Shown here piece after piece: positions 29,950 through 32,302 of a DNA stretch of 32,302 nt. Source of the DNA: Occultella glacieicola (GTDB taxonomy: Bacteria; Actinomycetota; Actinomycetes; Actinomycetales; Beutenbergiaceae); the NCBI RefSeq assembly GCF_004353825.1, contig NZ_SMNA01000007.1:310001-342302 (forward strand). Direction: 5' to 3'. The stretch's first letter is position 1; each line of letters opens with the position of its first letter. Below the pieces are notes generated by a model that worked only from the letters and a program-made list of their open reading frames with translations, was not told the DNA's origin and ran no database searches. The translations under genes were made by a program, and so were the position numbers.

Positions 29950-31779
29950 ATGTCGGTCGAGGCAACCGAACGCCCGGCCTGGGCGAGGCACACTGGCGCT
30001 GGCGCGACTGCGCCGGGTTCGGCTCGTCAGCCGGGCGGCCGGCGGGTCCCGTCGGGGGTGGGGCGTCGCCTGCTCGCGTACGCGGTGGACCTCCTCGCGG
30101 TCGCGGCGCTCGTCGCGGCGGTCTTCGTGCCGACCCGCAGCGTCGTGCTCGCCGGCGTCGTCGCCGTCGAGGCGATCGTGGCCCTGGTGCTCTGGGAGGC
30201 GCGGACCGGGCGCACCCTCGGCAAGAGCCTGCTCGGCCTCCGGGCCGCCCAGGTCGACGGCCCCTATGCACCGGGCCTCGGCCGGGAACTGATCCGAGCG
30301 GCACTGCTCGGGGCGGCCCACCTGGTGGCATTCGTCGGCCAGTTCATCCTGATCGCGACGGCCGCCGCGGATCGCTCCGGACGCGGCCAGGCCGTGCACG
30401 ACCGGGCGGCCCGCACCGCGGTGCTGGACCTGCGTCCGGAAGCGGCTGCCGCGCCGGCACCGGTCCCGAGCCTGGCGCCGATGCCGCAGACCCAGGCACC
30501 CGGCGGCTGGAGCGGGGGGGTCCCGACACCGACGCCGCCGTCGAGCCACGCCGGGATGCCGCCGGCGTGGGCCGCGGGGTCCGCTCAGGTCGCCGCTCCC
30601 ACCGCACCCGCGGCGGCCGCCGGTTCCGTGCCGACCGGCCCCTCCGGTGGGGTCGGTGGCGGCCCGCGACCGAGCGGGATCCCCGGGCCGGCCCCGGTCG
30701 CGCCCTGGGACCGTCCTCGCGGCCCGATGCCCGCGCCGGGCACCGGGGCGTCGGGGGCCACGGGCGCACCGTCGGTGCCCGCCGCACCGCCGTACCAGGG
30801 CGTCCCGGCCACCGGGGACGTCCGCCGACCGCAACCCGGACAGCCGGGCGGGCAGCAGCCCCAGCCCGGCCGACCCCAGCAGCCGCAGCAGGGACAACCG
30901 CAGTACGGACAGCCACGGCAACCGCAGCCCGGACAACCGCAGCCAGGACAACCGCAGCCCGGACAACCGCAGTACGGCCGGCCACCGGAGGGGCAATCTC
31001 GACCCGGCCAGGGGCAACCGCAATCCGGCGAGTACGGCCGGCCCGGGGCCTACGGGCCGCCGGCCGCTCGGCCGCAGACTCCGGGCGGGATGCCGTCCGG
31101 GGGCCCGGCGCAGCGGGACCCGCGTGGACCGGTCGCCGGCACCCCGGCCGCGTACGCCCCGCCCGCGACCGGTCGGCCCGGTCCCACGCAGCCCGCTCCC
31201 GGCGGCCCGACCGGCACACCGGACCAAGCGGACGGCGCGGGCGGACGCCGGGCTCGCCGAGCCGCGCAGGCCGCGTCCCGCGAGAGCTCCGCGGCCCTCC
31301 CGGCACCGGGTGCCGGCGACGCCTCGGCGCAGTTGCCGGAGCACACCTTCTTCCCGCGCGCGGCCGAGCCGGCACAGGTTCCGGGCCTGACCGACGCCCC
31401 CGACGCCGGTGCCGGGTCCGACCGACGGGGCGGTTCGCCGTCGGCGGTGTACGTGCTCACCATGGACGACGGCGCGACCGTCACCGTGACCGGATCCGGC
31501 CTGCTCGGCAGGCGGCCGCAGGCGCCGGCGGGTGAGCGTTACGACCATCTGGTGGCGATCGACGACCCGGGCCGTTCGCTCTCGCGGACGCACGCCCGGA
31601 TCGGGATCGAGGACGGGGAACTCTGGGTCGAGGACCGGGGCTCGGCGAACGGCACGCTGGTCGTCGCACCGGACGGCACGCAGGCCCGTGCCTTCCCCGG
31701 CAAGCGGGTCGTCGTCCCGGAGGACGGCTCGATCGAGCTCGGCGAGCGGGTCATCACCGTCGCCCGCTGGGAGAGCTGA
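29950..31779 (+). CDS. RDD-family membrane domain + Pro/Gln/Gly-rich linker + C-terminal FHA domain protein
   Basis: RDD motifs RRLLAYAVD, GRTLGKSLLGLR, QAVHDRAART; FHA motifs LLGRRP, SLSRTHA, EDRGSANGT. GAGGGG upstream; start is ATG 29950 or TTG 29947. Confidence 0.85.
   Translation: MSVEATERPAWARHTGAGATAPGSARQPGGRRVPSGVGRRLLAYAVDLLAVAALVAAVFVPTRSVVLAGVVAVEAIVALVLWEARTGRTLGKSLLGLRAAQVDGPYAPGLGRELIRAALLGAAHLVAFVGQFILIATAAADRSGRGQAVHDRAARTAVLDLRPEAAAAPAPVPSLAPMPQTQAPGGWSGGVPTPTPPSSHAGMPPAWAAGSAQVAAPTAPAAAAGSVPTGPSGGVGGGPRPSGIPGPAPVAPWDRPRGPMPAPGTGASGATGAPSVPAAPPYQGVPATGDVRRPQPGQPGGQQPQPGRPQQPQQGQPQYGQPRQPQPGQPQPGQPQPGQPQYGRPPEGQSRPGQGQPQSGEYGRPGAYGPPAARPQTPGGMPSGGPAQRDPRGPVAGTPAAYAPPATGRPGPTQPAPGGPTGTPDQADGAGGRRARRAAQAASRESSAALPAPGAGDASAQLPEHTFFPRAAEPAQVPGLTDAPDAGAGSDRRGGSPSAVYVLTMDDGATVTVTGSGLLGRRPQAPAGERYDHLVAIDDPGRSLSRTHARIGIEDGELWVEDRGSANGTLVVAPDGTQARAFPGKRVVVPEDGSIELGERVITVARWES
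30892..30975 (+). repeat. In-frame 15-bp tandem repeat GGACAACCGCAG(CCC/CCA/TAC) encoding GQPQP/GQPQY
   Basis: Units at 30892, 30931, 30946 and 30961, plus a degenerate unit at 30907-30930. Confidence 0.85.
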
Positions 31780-31827
31780 CCGGCCAGCCGGACGGGTCCG
31801 GTGGGTACGTGGCTCACGCCGGCGGCG

Positions 31828-31878
31828 GGCAGTCGAACGCCCCGCCGACCACTCGGGTCGACGGGGCGTTCGGCTGCC
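31828..31878. terminator. 23-bp-stem hairpin, probable bidirectional terminator between convergent genes
   Basis: GGCAGTCGAACGCCCCGCCGACC-actcg-GGTCGACGGGGCGTTCGGCTGCC; 21 of 23 positions are Watson-Crick pairs. Confidence 0.8.
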
Positions 31879-31917
31879 TGGGTGTGTGCGCTCAGTGGGC
31901 CCGAGCGCGTCCGCGGC

Positions 31918-32301
31918 TCACCACTTCGGGTCGAACTCCTCCTCCGGAGGCAGGTCCGGTAGCTCGGCGTCCCGGGAGCCGGCGTTCGCGGCCGCGCCGA
32001 GGTCGGGCGTGACGCCCTCGTCCTCGAGATCCTCGGCCAGCAGGCCGAGACCGTTGCCCTTCCTGCGCTTCTTGTCCTTCCCGCCGCCGGCTCCGGCCCC
32101 GCCCATCAGTCCGGCACCGGCGCCTCCGCGGCCGCCTCCCCGGCCACCTGCGTTCGGTCCGGACTGGCCACCGGGGGCGCCACGTCCGCTGCGTCCACCG
32201 GGTCCACCGCGGCCACCGGCCCCACCGGCCGCGCCGCCCAGCGGCACACCGCCGATGCCGACGCCGCCGCCCGGGCCACCGGCGAGCCGACCGGCCGCGC
32301 C
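31918..32301 (-). CDS. 3' end of a Gly-rich protein, probably a PPE/EspB/WXG100-like T7SS substrate (5' part outside the window)
   Basis: Frame is open to the window edge. Gly-rich tract ending LMGGAGAGGGKDKKRRK, then an acidic tail (EDLEDE...EEEFDPKW), as in actinobacterial ESX-associated proteins; GGC/GGT codon use fits a real gene. Confidence 0.6.
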   Translation of the reverse strand, partial: GAAGRLAGGPGGGVGIGGVPLGGAAGGAGGRGGPGGRSGRGAPGGQSGPNAGGRGGGRGGAGAGLMGGAGAGGGKDKKRRKGNGLGLLAEDLEDEGVTPDLGAAANAGSRDAELPDLPPEEEFDPKW

Positions 32302-32302
32302 G

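Noticed and set aside
28264..31593. 2439-aa giant ORF 24274..31593 (-), an apparently N-terminally extended EccC
   Set aside because: The first ~1110 aa are Arg/Gly/Pro-rich antisense translation of eccD and the RDD-FHA gene. EccC similarity, a GAGGAG RBS and a -10 all point to ATG 28263.

Overview
High-GC actinobacterial DNA; the protein style suggests Micrococcales, which is an inference. About 1-24,100 is a respiratory cluster: menaquinone genes (5'-truncated menD, an isochorismate synthase, menG, a MenJ-type reductase, a long-chain polyprenyl synthase) and an HtrA/PepD-like protease surround a complete 14-gene nuoA-N operon. From about 24,270 to the end is the edge of a type VII secretion (ESX-like) locus. 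It holds a fused single-chain EccC ATPase transcribed divergently from an EccD-like gene and an RDD-(Pro/Gln linker)-FHA gene, then the Gly-rich 3' end of a probable substrate gene. The most interesting signals are these. (1) The FHA-bearing membrane protein sits in the T7SS locus, suggesting phospho-regulated secretion. (2) An 11-bp inverted repeat is centred exactly between the candidate -10 elements of eccC and eccD. (3) Two DtxR/IdeR-like boxes lie upstream of menJ-nuo. (4) An MprA-like direct repeat within the menD 3' end precedes htrA. (5) NuoG lacks the N7 cysteines and carries an insertion. No rRNA, tRNA, CRISPR array or transposase was recognised. All calls come from reading motifs by eye; no database searches were run.
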